DNA of 61,575 nt from a virus. Lineage: Duplodnaviria > Caudoviricetes. Within the stretch, counting starts at the first letter, position 1. The number at the start of each line of letters is the position of its first letter. A program made the translations under genes and the position numbers. This document shows, in pieces, positions 9,438 through 18,324 of this stretch. The notes under the pieces were generated by a model. It made no database searches. It saw nothing but the letters and a program-made list of their open reading frames with translations, and was not told the DNA's origin. The stretch covers positions 1 to 61,575 of the IMG/VR virus record IMGVR_UViG_3300027743_000031; one strand, written 5' to 3'.

Positions 9438-9584
9438 CTACTTCTTGACGATCACGTAGTGACCGCCCTCCTTGCGAACGATGTTCATCGCTGCTTGCAG
9501 CGTGTCCACCTCTTGCTGCCGTCCGGCCTTGGTCGTGACGACGTACTTGCGAACCTTGTTGCCCCCTTGGCATCCACAGGCCAT
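9438..9584 (-). CDS. Small head-module protein (MACGC..., 48 aa)
   Basis: ATG overlaps the protease-fusion stop; MACGCQGG...GGHY. Confidence 0.7.
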   Translation of the reverse strand: MACGCQGGNKVRKYVVTTKAGRQQEVDTLQAAMNIVRKEGGHYVIVKK

Positions 9585-11953
9585 CAGACGCCCACCCGTT
9601 CGTGGAGGCGCTTGACGCGCTCGGCGTTGATCGACGCGGTGACGGCCGCGGCGCGCGCCGCTCGGGCGCGGGCCTCGGCGCGCCGTTCCACTTCGTCCAC
9701 GACCCGGACGGCGATGCGGCCTTCGTCCAGGGCGTTGGGATCAGTGACAACGATTGCGGCTGCGGTCAGCGCCAGCAGAATCGTCTCATCAGCCGCCGAC
9801 GCTGCCAACTGCGGCCGGGGGATGGGAAAGCCGGGGACGTTGACGATCAGCGCGCCGACCAGTTCCAGGTTCCCACCGATGCGCCGCCAGTCGCCTGACG
9901 GCGCACCAGCGCGCAGTGCGTGGGACTGCTCCTGCGTGATGCCGGGTCGCTCGATGCCGTGGACCCAGATGCCGAACTCGTCCTCACCGACTGCCACGTC
10001 GGCAACGACCGTGCCGGTGTCGTCGTAGTGGCGCACCGTGTCCCGAGGGTCGAGCTCTGCTGAGGCGTGGCCGGTGCCCGCGGTCAGATGACCGACCGAC
10101 ACTGCGCCGCCCGACGTCATCACTTCACCCGTGCGGAAGTAGGCGTAGTCGTGGGTGGACTTCGGCGCGGTGACGCAGTTCTTCTCACCGAAGCCGACAT
10201 GGCAGGTGTCCCACGAGGCGATGTGCCCGACGACTTCGTTGAACTCACCCGCCGCGCGAACGGTGATCGCGGTCGGCTTGTCGAGGCCAGGATCGGTGAA
10301 CAGTTCCAGGGGTGGCGCTTCCATAGTGTCCTCCAGTGAAGCACAGAGCGTGAAGGCCGCCAGGACCTCTCGCAGTTCGGGCGTGTCGTCGGGGATGTCC
10401 ACAGTTTCCTCACCAGTGTCCACCGCGCTGACGAGCTTCCGCACAAGGCCCTTCTTCTTCCGGCCGTGCGGCGCTTGCCCAGGCCAGAAGCCCAGCGCCA
10501 CGTAGTGCATGTTGGCGCAGGTGCCGTCGAGGTAGGCGGGGTTGTGGATGTACTTGCGGAGTTGGTCGCGGCACCGATCGAAGTCGCCGGGCGCGCCCCA
10601 CTTGATCTTGGCGGCACCCTCGCCGCGGGTCCAGTACCGGCGCAGGCGCTCGGTCTCGCGCGGGTTGGTGATCCAGCCCGGTGCGTCGTGGGTGTTGACC
10701 GGGCCAGCCGCCTTCAGGCTGTCGGGCGGGTCTTCCTTCAGCAGCCGGTACAGACCGCGCAGCCGCGAGCGGGCCTTCGCCTTCTGGTCGGCAGGAGCGT
10801 TCACGCCGCCACGAGCCCCGGCGAGGGCAGCCGCGGCGGCGTGAACCCCTGCCCTGCTCACCGCTCCGGAGGGTGTGAGCACGGGGACCTTGTACGTGCC
10901 CTTCGACTCGGGATCGCCTCCTGGCATGTGGATCAGACACGCCTTGCGCCATTGCTCGATCGAGTAGTCGGCGGCGCTGTACTTCGACCACGGCTCTTCG
11001 CTGATCGCCGCCGTCAGTGGCTCGCGACCGATGCGCTCACCGGCCCACCAGATCTCGACACCGCCGATGCGGATCGTCTGCGGCATCTCGTCGGGGTGGT
11101 TGATCCCGTAGCCGATCGTCATGTGCGGGGTGAAGTGCGGGTGGTCGCTCTTCGGCTTGGCCACCGCTTCCAGTTCGGTCCGCAGCCGGTTGAACTCGGG
11201 ATGTTCCAGCAGATACGTCGCCGCTTGCGGCTCGTCGTTGCCCATGAACGCGCGGCCGTTGACCTTGGCGTCGAACGGTTCGACGTCTGCTTCCGACAGC
11301 CAATTCTCGAGCGCGGGGCGCAGCGTGTCGGGCGCTTCGTCGGCGTGGCCGTAGTAGCCGAGCGTGACGTGAAGGTCGTCAGGGTCATCGCCGCCATCGA
11401 CAGCGACAGCAGGTGGGTCAGCCAGTGTCGCCACCACCACCGCACCCCGAGGCGGGTCGGGGTCGGACGCGGCAGTGACGACACCAGCCCCGACTGTAAG
11501 GCCGCAGCGGCAGTTGATCCACACCTCGGGCGGGCCGATCGGTTGGCCGGGGTACATCAGCGGATGACCGCCGACGATGAACGGCTTGCCCGCGGCGACG
11601 GTGACACCGTGCATCGGTTCGTGCAACTCACGCACTCGCTCGTCCTCTTGGGTGAACCACGTGAAGGACGCGTTGAGCGGCGCGCTGGCAACGACGGCTG
11701 CGTTCTCGGCAGCCTTCTCCATCCACGCCGCGACGAGGTCCGGGTCGCTGACTGCTGTGGTGTGGTCGATCGCCGCGCTCAGCGAGAGGCTGTACTGGCG
11801 CAGGTCATCGACCGTCAACTCGTCGTTGCTGTCTTCCGTGACCCGCTCGTCGTAGGCGGCGATGAACAGATCCTCGGCAATCTCCGTCAATCTGATGGCG
11901 CGCTCTTCGGGAGACAGGACCAGTGCGGCCTCGATGTCGTCGCGAGTGCTCAT
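9584..11953 (-). CDS. MuF-like / 2H phosphoesterase / capsid maturation protease fusion
   Basis: 789 aa; INCRC (MuF), HVTL and PHMTI (2H), GHIASWDTCH and PSGDWR...LIVNVPGFP (protease region). Confidence 0.8.
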   Translation of the reverse strand: MSTRDDIEAALVLSPEERAIRLTEIAEDLFIAAYDERVTEDSNDELTVDDLRQYSLSLSAAIDHTTAVSDPDLVAAWMEKAAENAAVVASAPLNASFTWFTQEDERVRELHEPMHGVTVAAGKPFIVGGHPLMYPGQPIGPPEVWINCRCGLTVGAGVVTAASDPDPPRGAVVVATLADPPAVAVDGGDDPDDLHVTLGYYGHADEAPDTLRPALENWLSEADVEPFDAKVNGRAFMGNDEPQAATYLLEHPEFNRLRTELEAVAKPKSDHPHFTPHMTIGYGINHPDEMPQTIRIGGVEIWWAGERIGREPLTAAISEEPWSKYSAADYSIEQWRKACLIHMPGGDPESKGTYKVPVLTPSGAVSRAGVHAAAAALAGARGGVNAPADQKAKARSRLRGLYRLLKEDPPDSLKAAGPVNTHDAPGWITNPRETERLRRYWTRGEGAAKIKWGAPGDFDRCRDQLRKYIHNPAYLDGTCANMHYVALGFWPGQAPHGRKKKGLVRKLVSAVDTGEETVDIPDDTPELREVLAAFTLCASLEDTMEAPPLELFTDPGLDKPTAITVRAAGEFNEVVGHIASWDTCHVGFGEKNCVTAPKSTHDYAYFRTGEVMTSGGAVSVGHLTAGTGHASAELDPRDTVRHYDDTGTVVADVAVGEDEFGIWVHGIERPGITQEQSHALRAGAPSGDWRRIGGNLELVGALIVNVPGFPIPRPQLAASAADETILLALTAAAIVVTDPNALDEGRIAVRVVDEVERRAEARARAARAAAVTASINAERVKRLHERVGV

Positions 11954-11962
11954 GGCGCAACG

Positions 11963-13759
11963 CTATGTCGCCGTCGTGAGTTCGTGAAGAGGTGGTGGCG
12001 TGCCCGTCTCCAACAACGCACCGAGCACGGTGCCGCTGTGGGGACGCTGCGAAGCAAGCAGCCCACGGACGTAGAAGTCCAGTGTCTCGATCACGCCAGC
12101 GGCGTTGTCGGTGTACGGCGCGAGCACGTCGGGGGCGCAGGCCCACGCCCCGGCCAACAGCGTGGACGGGTCGCCGGTCATCGTCTTGTAGACGTCCACC
12201 GTCGCCATCTGCGTTGCGTCCTTGCGCGGGTGCATGTTCATCAAACGGTTCCCGGCGCGCTCCAACGCCCGGTAGACGAGCACGTCGCACGCCGCAGCCA
12301 GTCCGGCGCGGTTGGCGGGAGGAAGCTCGGGGATGTCGCGGCGGGGGATGTCCGGCTGGGTGTCGAGCCTCATGTGGTCGGGCGGCGGCGCGTTCTGCGT
12401 GTCGGTGACGACGAGGCCCAAGTCCGCGCCGAGCAGCTTCAGCGCGGCGGCGGTCTGCTCCGGTGACGTGCTGCCGGTGGCGATCTTCCGCAGCAGCCAC
12501 ATCTTGACCTGCTCGTCAGCGGGTGCGTCCTCGGGCTGGAAGCCTGTCTCACGCCGCAGGGCGGGGCCGCTCAACTCGCCCAGGTTGTAGAGCTCGATCG
12601 CTTCGTTGGAGCGGTTGGGGCGGAGGCGGATGGACGACGTGTCAGCGATGACGAAGAAGTCCTGCAACTCGTCGTCGGAGACCAAGCCCTTCAGCGCCGG
12701 TTGCAAGTACTGCTCGGTGAGGGCGAAGGACAGCACCGCCAGGCGTGGCTCGATGTGGGCCTTGACCGCCGACTCCTCCGAGAGCCAAGCGTTCCAGTGG
12801 TTCGCGTCGGCCACCCCCAACAACACCTCGGGCGGGACGTCCATTCCGGTCGCCAGCCGCTTGATGGCGGCGTCGCGCATCTCCACCACGGAGGCGTCGA
12901 GGTCGCTCCAGAACTTGACGTGCTCGTTCTTGCCCAAGCTCTCCGTGGGCACCATCGCCACGATCGGCACCAGCGCGGACGGGTCGGCCGGGTTGTCGAT
13001 CGGCGTCATCATCGCCTCGCCCAGCATCGCCATGAACAGCGCTGCTTGGCTGGCGTTGGGGTCGGCGTCGATGGGGCGGGGGAACTCGACCTCGCTGCTG
13101 ATGAAGAGGATGCCGTTGCCCGCCAGGCGGCTCCTGATCTGAGCGGTGATGTGGGCGTCGTAGCCGATGATCTGCGCCAGCGTGCTCAGGTTGGGCCGCA
13201 CCGGACTGTCCGGCAGGGTCGGGTCGCGCGGTGACGGCATCCAGATCCGGATCACCAAGTCGTCGGCGGTCAGCGCGATCGGCCCGCCCTCGGTGCCGAA
13301 GTCCGCTTGCAGGCGGGGCGCTTGCGGGCTGCCTCCTGGCATCTGCGTGACCTTGCCGCTGGCGAGCGTCGCCCACACGTCGTTGACGGCGCGGTTGACG
13401 ATGTACTCCTCACCGGCGATCGTCGTGTGGATGCCGTACTGCTGCAACATCTCGGCCTGGCCCTGCGGCCCGCCGTAGAGCGCATCCATCGCATCGTTTG
13501 CCGGATGTTCACCTTGGATCGGGACGAGCATGCGCCCTTCACGCTTGGCGGCGACGAGGTTGGCGCGGCTGAGCACGTTGCCGAACCAGGCCGCGACGTA
13601 GCGCAGTTCGCCCACCGTCTCCCAGTACTGCCACGCCAGCGCTTGCCAGTCCTGTGATCGCCCGGCCATGTTGCGAGAGGCGGTCGGCAGTCGGACGGCT
13701 GATGCCACGAAGCCAGTCGGAGCGACCGGCGCGGGTTGTGGAGAACGCGCCCTTGCCAT
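11963..13759 (-). CDS. Portal protein
   Basis: 598 aa; RSRLAGNGIL and PEVLLGVADANHW motifs; lies between terminase and protease. Confidence 0.85.
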   Translation of the reverse strand: MARARSPQPAPVAPTGFVASAVRLPTASRNMAGRSQDWQALAWQYWETVGELRYVAAWFGNVLSRANLVAAKREGRMLVPIQGEHPANDAMDALYGGPQGQAEMLQQYGIHTTIAGEEYIVNRAVNDVWATLASGKVTQMPGGSPQAPRLQADFGTEGGPIALTADDLVIRIWMPSPRDPTLPDSPVRPNLSTLAQIIGYDAHITAQIRSRLAGNGILFISSEVEFPRPIDADPNASQAALFMAMLGEAMMTPIDNPADPSALVPIVAMVPTESLGKNEHVKFWSDLDASVVEMRDAAIKRLATGMDVPPEVLLGVADANHWNAWLSEESAVKAHIEPRLAVLSFALTEQYLQPALKGLVSDDELQDFFVIADTSSIRLRPNRSNEAIELYNLGELSGPALRRETGFQPEDAPADEQVKMWLLRKIATGSTSPEQTAAALKLLGADLGLVVTDTQNAPPPDHMRLDTQPDIPRRDIPELPPANRAGLAAACDVLVYRALERAGNRLMNMHPRKDATQMATVDVYKTMTGDPSTLLAGAWACAPDVLAPYTDNAAGVIETLDFYVRGLLASQRPHSGTVLGALLETGTPPPLHELTTAT

Positions 13760-13771
13760 CGGGCGCTGATG

Positions 13772-14134
13772 TTACTCCCGTTGGTCGGGTGGGATGTCCC
13801 TGACGGTGAGGAAGCCTGCGATCCACGCCACCGCGGCCCACACATTGCCGAACCACCACGACCAGTGCAGCCCCGTCGTCCACGCCCAGACGAGATCGAC
13901 GAGCGTGATGTACGGAGCCACGCACCACGGGCACTCGACCAACTTCTCCCACGGCTGGCTGACGTGCATCCGATACCAGTCGGTGACGTGCAGCACCGGG
14001 GGGAACTCGTCATCGACGATCAACCGCACGACGCGTGTCACCGCCAGCGCGCCGACGATGAACGCGCAGACGAGCACGAACGGCTGGTCGAAGGAGAGCT
14101 CGGTGTTCTCAGCGAGCAGGGATGTCATTGTCAT
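13772..14134 (-). CDS. Membrane protein, DUF1360-like
   Basis: Hydrophobic helices; LVECPWC motif. Confidence 0.65.
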   Translation of the reverse strand: MTMTSLLAENTELSFDQPFVLVCAFIVGALAVTRVVRLIVDDEFPPVLHVTDWYRMHVSQPWEKLVECPWCVAPYITLVDLVWAWTTGLHWSWWFGNVWAAVAWIAGFLTVRDIPPDQRE

Positions 14135-14339
14135 CCAGCCAGTGAGCCTCGGGCACGTTGTTCAAGCGCAACAGGTCGCACAGTTCCTCTCCGATGGCGG
14201 CTGCCTGCCGGGAGTCGAACACGCCGGTCGGCGGTGGGTCCCAACACATCGACGCCGTGCCCAATGCCTGCATCACCGCGCTGCGAAGCGGGGTCTGCGG
14301 GTCGTAGTGCATGATCGGGAAGCGGTTGCGATCACCCAT
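14109..14339 (-). CDS. Hypothetical protein
   Basis: Overlapping operon arrangement. Confidence 0.6.
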   Translation of the reverse strand: MGDRNRFPIMHYDPQTPLRSAVMQALGTASMCWDPPPTGVFDSRQAAAIGEELCDLLRLNNVPEAHWLDDNDIPAR

Positions 14340-14592
14340 CGAGTTCCAACTCCGGGTGTGCGCCGCGCTCCTTGGCGGTGTTCGCCCAGCGGATGATCGC
14401 CGCGTCGGTGCGCTCGCTCTTGTCGAGCACGAAGGCGCACTCGATCACGCCGACACCGACATGCTCACCATCGGTGCGGACCACGGCCCACCACTGGTCG
14501 TCGGGTGCCTTCCACAGCACGACGCGATCGATCGCTCCTTCGACAGCGGCGTAGACGTGCTCCTCTGATTGGTCGGGGGCTACCAGCCTCAT
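14332..14592 (-). CDS. Hypothetical protein
   Basis: GAGGA RBS; operon arrangement. Confidence 0.6.
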   Translation of the reverse strand: MRLVAPDQSEEHVYAAVEGAIDRVVLWKAPDDQWWAVVRTDGEHVGVGVIECAFVLDKSERTDAAIIRWANTAKERGAHPELELDG

Positions 14593-14607
14593 GGCGGAAT
14601 CCTCTTT

Positions 14608-15003
14608 CTATTGTCGGATAGATATTGAATCTTCGAGGACGATGCACTTCACGGCCCACATCACCGTCTCCTCCAGGTGAGTCGCCGCCAGGCTGCGCTC
14701 GCGCGAGTCGGGGCAGTAGGAGGCGATCACCTTGGCCATGTCCTTGCCCGCGTCGCGGATCGCTTCGATGCGTTCGATCTGCTCGCGGTCGGGGGTGTGG
14801 TTGGTGAGTGAGTTGTCCAGCCGATCGAGCAACACCTGATCGACGTCTTCGTTGGCTTCGTAGGTCATCTCTGCGAATCCTTCTGTGTGCCGCCAGCCGG
14901 TTTGGTCAACCGCCGTTGGCCCGTGATCGTCACAGGCGAAGATGGCGAGGTCATTGCTGCCCCGCTGCCACGTTGCCTCCCGGGGGCAGACACCGCATCT
15001 CAT
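14608..15003 (-). CDS. Acb2/Tad1-like helical-hairpin protein (alternative start 14868)
   Basis: LTNHTP...IRDAGK...CPDSRERSLAATHLEETVMWA motif. Confidence 0.6.
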   Translation of the reverse strand: MRCGVCPREATWQRGSNDLAIFACDDHGPTAVDQTGWRHTEGFAEMTYEANEDVDQVLLDRLDNSLTNHTPDREQIERIEAIRDAGKDMAKVIASYCPDSRERSLAATHLEETVMWAVKCIVLEDSISIRQ

Positions 15004-16397
15004 CGTGTGAACCTCGCTCGGTTCATCAGCGAGGTCGCCAGGTGGCGGTCGCTGCGCTTGGTCAGGGTGGTGGGCGAGACGATCTCCGCGGTGCGGCTCT
15101 TGCCCATCAGTTCGGTCAGGCCGTGGACCAGCGCGTCCACCCGGTCGGGTGAGTCGCGGTCCTCGTACGGCTGCCAGGTCGTCATCTGCTCTTCCAGATC
15201 GAGCAACATGCCGACGTGGTGGACCTTGTGCTGTTCGTAGACGCCGACGATCGGCTCGGCGCGGAGGATCTTGCCGCGGCGGGAGTTGACGCGGATGATG
15301 CGGCGCTTGATCCCGGCTGAGCGCAGCGTGGACTCCACCATGTCGCCGCCGTAGTTGTCCTCAGCGATGATCGCGTCGGCGCTGAACTCGTCACAGGCTG
15401 CGTCGGCGGCGCGCGCCCACCCGTTGGGGCTGTACTTGCCGCTGCGGTCGGCCAAGACGTAGTACTCGCCATCGACGCCCTTGGCGCTGACGATGATGCC
15501 CGTCTCGTCGGACTTGCGGTTGGCCGTGCCAGCCGGGTCGATCGCGGTGATCACCCGCCACAGCGGCGGTGCCAGCGGCACGCGGTCGGGTTCGATCATG
15601 TCGTACTGCCACAGTGCGCCTTCGACGTCCTCCAGTATCTCCCCGAAGATTTCTTGGCGTCCCTTGCGCGTCCCTTCGAAGCGCTTGATGATCTGCTCCG
15701 CGAACGTCGGGGCGAGGTTGACCAAGTTGTCGTAGGTGGAGGCGGTGACGACCCGTGTCCGTGGGTCCTTGGCGAGCTCCTTCATCCACGGCCGCGGCTT
15801 GGGTGTGGTGGTGACGCAGATGCGGGGACGCTTGCCCATCCGCAAGCCGAACAGGAGGTTGTCCCACACCTCCTGCACCAGCGCCCAGTGAGCGGGTTCG
15901 TCACACCACGCGTAGCCGTGCTCCGGGCCACGCAGGCGATCCGGCTCTTCCGCGCTGTACGTCGTACCGATGCACCCGTTGGGCCACACCAACCGCCGCT
16001 TGGAGGGTTGGAAGTCCGGCCGCCAACCGGGCGGGGCGATCGTCAGCAGCCCGCTCTCGCCCTCCAACAGCGTGTCGCGCACGTCGGCTCCGGTGGCGGC
16101 GATCAGCGCGATGCGACCGACGTGTTCGGCCATGCGGTGGGTGAACTCGGACCCGGCGCGGGTCTTGCCCGCTCCACGTCCTGACTTCAGGCACCACACG
16201 AACCACGATGCGTCGGTGGGCGGGCGCTGGTCCTGGCGGGCGTGGTTCCACTCCCAATCGTCGTGCGGCAGGCCGTCGCAGTCCGCGATCGGGCAGTAGA
16301 ACGGACGCCAGGCGTCGTTGGTCGCCCGCTGCAACCGCTCCAAGGCGGCTTGCTGCGCTTGCGGGGTCCAGTTCTTGTAGGCGTCGAGGTCAGCCAT
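15000..16397 (-). CDS. terL: Terminase large subunit
   Basis: Walker A SGRGAGKT, LRGPEHGYAWCDE, TTTP, nuclease AIDPA and SPDRVDA. Confidence 0.95.
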   Translation of the reverse strand: MADLDAYKNWTPQAQQAALERLQRATNDAWRPFYCPIADCDGLPHDDWEWNHARQDQRPPTDASWFVWCLKSGRGAGKTRAGSEFTHRMAEHVGRIALIAATGADVRDTLLEGESGLLTIAPPGWRPDFQPSKRRLVWPNGCIGTTYSAEEPDRLRGPEHGYAWCDEPAHWALVQEVWDNLLFGLRMGKRPRICVTTTPKPRPWMKELAKDPRTRVVTASTYDNLVNLAPTFAEQIIKRFEGTRKGRQEIFGEILEDVEGALWQYDMIEPDRVPLAPPLWRVITAIDPAGTANRKSDETGIIVSAKGVDGEYYVLADRSGKYSPNGWARAADAACDEFSADAIIAEDNYGGDMVESTLRSAGIKRRIIRVNSRRGKILRAEPIVGVYEQHKVHHVGMLLDLEEQMTTWQPYEDRDSPDRVDALVHGLTELMGKSRTAEIVSPTTLTKRSDRHLATSLMNRARFTR

Positions 16398-16707
16398 CGC
16401 CCCACCACCGTAGGACGTCCGGGTCGATGTCCGGGTCGAGGCACAGTTGGCTGTGGATCGCGCGCCGCACCCACGCCGCCATCGAACAGTCCGCCGCGCG
16501 GGCACGACGGGCCAAGTCGGCGTAGACCGCCTCCGGTGCTTCGAACCGAACCGCCCGGTGGCGGGGAACGAGGGCCAGTGCTTGCGCCTGCGTGTAGCCG
16601 GTCGCCCGGTAGCGCCAGTCGCGCTTCAGCGTCGGGTCGTCCAACAGCGCATCGACGTCGATGCCGTCGAACGGATCGTCAGGCGTTGACTTCTTCTGAT
16701 TCGGCAT
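16390..16707 (-). CDS. Ribbon-helix-helix-type DNA-binding protein
   Basis: VRFEAPEAVYADLARRARAADCSMAAWVRRAI pattern. Confidence 0.55.
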   Translation of the reverse strand: MPNQKKSTPDDPFDGIDVDALLDDPTLKRDWRYRATGYTQAQALALVPRHRAVRFEAPEAVYADLARRARAADCSMAAWVRRAIHSQLCLDPDIDPDVLRWWGDG

Positions 16708-17134
16708 CGATCACGTCCGCTTCCATCGCTCGCAACTCGCCCACGGTGGCGGTCGTCACGGACGCCACCCACTGGTCGATCTCGGTCATCGTCGGGGTGT
16801 GGACGATGATCTCCGCTGGTGCGTCCAATCCGTGGAGACGGATGTGACGGTCGATGATCCCCACCGCGATCTTCACCGACGCAAGGTGTTCGGGGTGGTT
16901 GACGTCGGTGGCTTTGGCCCACACGCCACGCAGCAGCCGCTCCAACCGTCCGGCTTCTTCCGCACGGAGCATCTCTCGGCTGGGCGGGTCCATGCTCTTC
17001 GCCGCCAAGGTCTCTTCGACCATCCGTCGCGCCCCTGCGGCATCGACGATCGACAGCGCGTCGGCAATCTCGTGGTATGACGCCCCGGCCAGGCGCAAGG
17101 CGACGGCGGCGGCTCCTTGGCGCGGCTCAGGCAT
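16679..17134 (-). CDS. HTH protein, probable terminase small subunit
   Basis: LRLAGASYHEIADAL HTH; RHIRLHGLDAP; upstream of terL. Confidence 0.7.
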   Translation of the reverse strand: MPEPRQGAAAVALRLAGASYHEIADALSIVDAAGARRMVEETLAAKSMDPPSREMLRAEEAGRLERLLRGVWAKATDVNHPEHLASVKIAVGIIDRHIRLHGLDAPAEIIVHTPTMTEIDQWVASVTTATVGELRAMEADVIDAESEEVNA

Positions 17135-17336
17135 CGATCTCGTCCCGCAACGTGGTCGGGTCTTGCTCGCGCAGCGCCTTCAACCGGGCCATCCCGACTT
17201 CCTTCTCCACGCACCAGGCCACGTAGTCGCTGAAGTTCCAGCGCCGTGCCCCGGCCCGCAGCGACGCCTCACGGAACACGTCGACCGGCATCCTCACCGT
17301 CGTCTTGACTCGCAGTCCCTTGCGTGGCTGTGGCAT
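17127..17336 (-). CDS. Ribbon-helix-helix-type protein
   Basis: KTTVRMPVDVFREASLRAG...FSDYVAWCV. Confidence 0.6.
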   Translation of the reverse strand: MPQPRKGLRVKTTVRMPVDVFREASLRAGARRWNFSDYVAWCVEKEVGMARLKALREQDPTTLRDEIDA

Positions 17337-17553
17337 CGAAACGGACGCTATCAGCCGCAGGTTCCCGGAAGTCCAACTCGGCAGTCGTCGGCGGACGCTC
17401 TTGGAGCGCCTCCTTGACGTTGAGCATCACCGCGTACTCCAGGTATTCGGCCAGGCCGACGCCCAGCCGCGCCGCCACCAGTTCGATCCGCGCCCGATCC
17501 CGCAGCGTGGGGCGGAAGCAGACCGGCTCGTCCTTGATCCGCTGCCGGGGCAC
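17269..17553 (-). CDS. Ribbon-helix-helix-type protein
   Basis: GTG overlaps the upstream TAG; VCFRPT...RIELVAARLGVGLAEYLEYAV. Confidence 0.5.
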   Translation of the reverse strand: MPRQRIKDEPVCFRPTLRDRARIELVAARLGVGLAEYLEYAVMLNVKEALQERPPTTAELDFREPAADSVRFDATATQGTASQDDGEDAGRRVP

Positions 17554-17879
17554 TACCCACCGCCACCGGACGGCACCGCCACCCAATGCATCCCGAAGTC
17601 GCGCGACACCGCGCCGCAGTCCTTGCACTTCCACCCGAAGCTCAGCCGCGAGTAGTCGATGTGCGGGCAGGCTTCCAACGGCATCGTCTCTTGCACCGGC
17701 CGCGGTCGGGCCGTGGGGTGGGCGCTGACCGACTCGCCCCGCAGCACGCCCAAGATGATGTCCCGAGCGAAGTCCGCCGCCGACAATCCGGCTGTGGCGG
17801 CCCGCTCACGCAGAGTGGCATCGTGCTCCAACGGCAGACGGAGGCCGATCACCTCGCCCAGGGTCTTCGGTTTCGCCAT
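17553..17879 (-). CDS. RHH protein with C-terminal Zn-binding motif
   Basis: IGLRLP...LRERAATAGLSAADFARDII; CPH...CKDC. Confidence 0.65.
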   Translation of the reverse strand: MAKPKTLGEVIGLRLPLEHDATLRERAATAGLSAADFARDIILGVLRGESVSAHPTARPRPVQETMPLEACPHIDYSRLSFGWKCKDCGAVSRDFGMHWVAVPSGGGG

Positions 17880-17880
17880 G

Positions 17881-17919
17881 CCGTTAACAGTACCACCCGT
17901 TCGCGCTTCCCGTTAACAG
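17881..17919. promoter_or_regulatory. Direct-repeat operator pair over a leaderless promoter
   Basis: CCGTTAACAG at 17881-17890 and 17910-17919; minus-strand TACTGT 7 nt before ATG 17879. Confidence 0.55.
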
Positions 17920-17966
17920 CAAGGACGCCACCAGTGCGTCCGTATACCGAAAGGAGGCACCGCCTC

Positions 17967-18113
17967 ATGTTCCTCGTCTACTACGCCTTGCTCATGTTCG
18001 GGGCTTTGATCTTCCTGTTCCTCCGCCTCCTCCTGTGGGCCGTCCTCGGGGTCTGCTGGTTGGGCGCGAGGGGCTGGCAAGCCTACCAAGTCAGACGCAG
18101 CCGTATACGGTAA
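17967..18113 (+). CDS. Small membrane protein (48 aa)
   Basis: GAAAGGAGG RBS; hydrophobic body with basic C-terminus. Confidence 0.7.
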   Translation: MFLVYYALLMFGALIFLFLRLLLWAVLGVCWLGARGWQAYQVRRSRIR

Positions 18114-18289
18114 CCGACGCCTCTTCTCGGCCCTCCCGGAGGGTGGTGAGTGGCGGCTATTGGGCTCAGTTGGCGGCTGGTTACTGCGTCAACCCCCGGA
18201 AGTACACCTGGTCAGCGAGCCGCTTCCAAGCCGGGGCCGATCCGTGTCACCCCGACCCCCCGGTGTGACAACCGTCACTAACAAACCCG

Positions 18290-18318
18290 TTGCATTCCAG
18301 CCGCCCGGCGGTTAGGAT
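18290..18318 (+). promoter_or_regulatory. Putative major early promoter
   Basis: TTGCAT-N17-TAGGAT at the start of the plus-strand arm. Confidence 0.6.
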
Positions 18319-18324
18319 GGTGTC

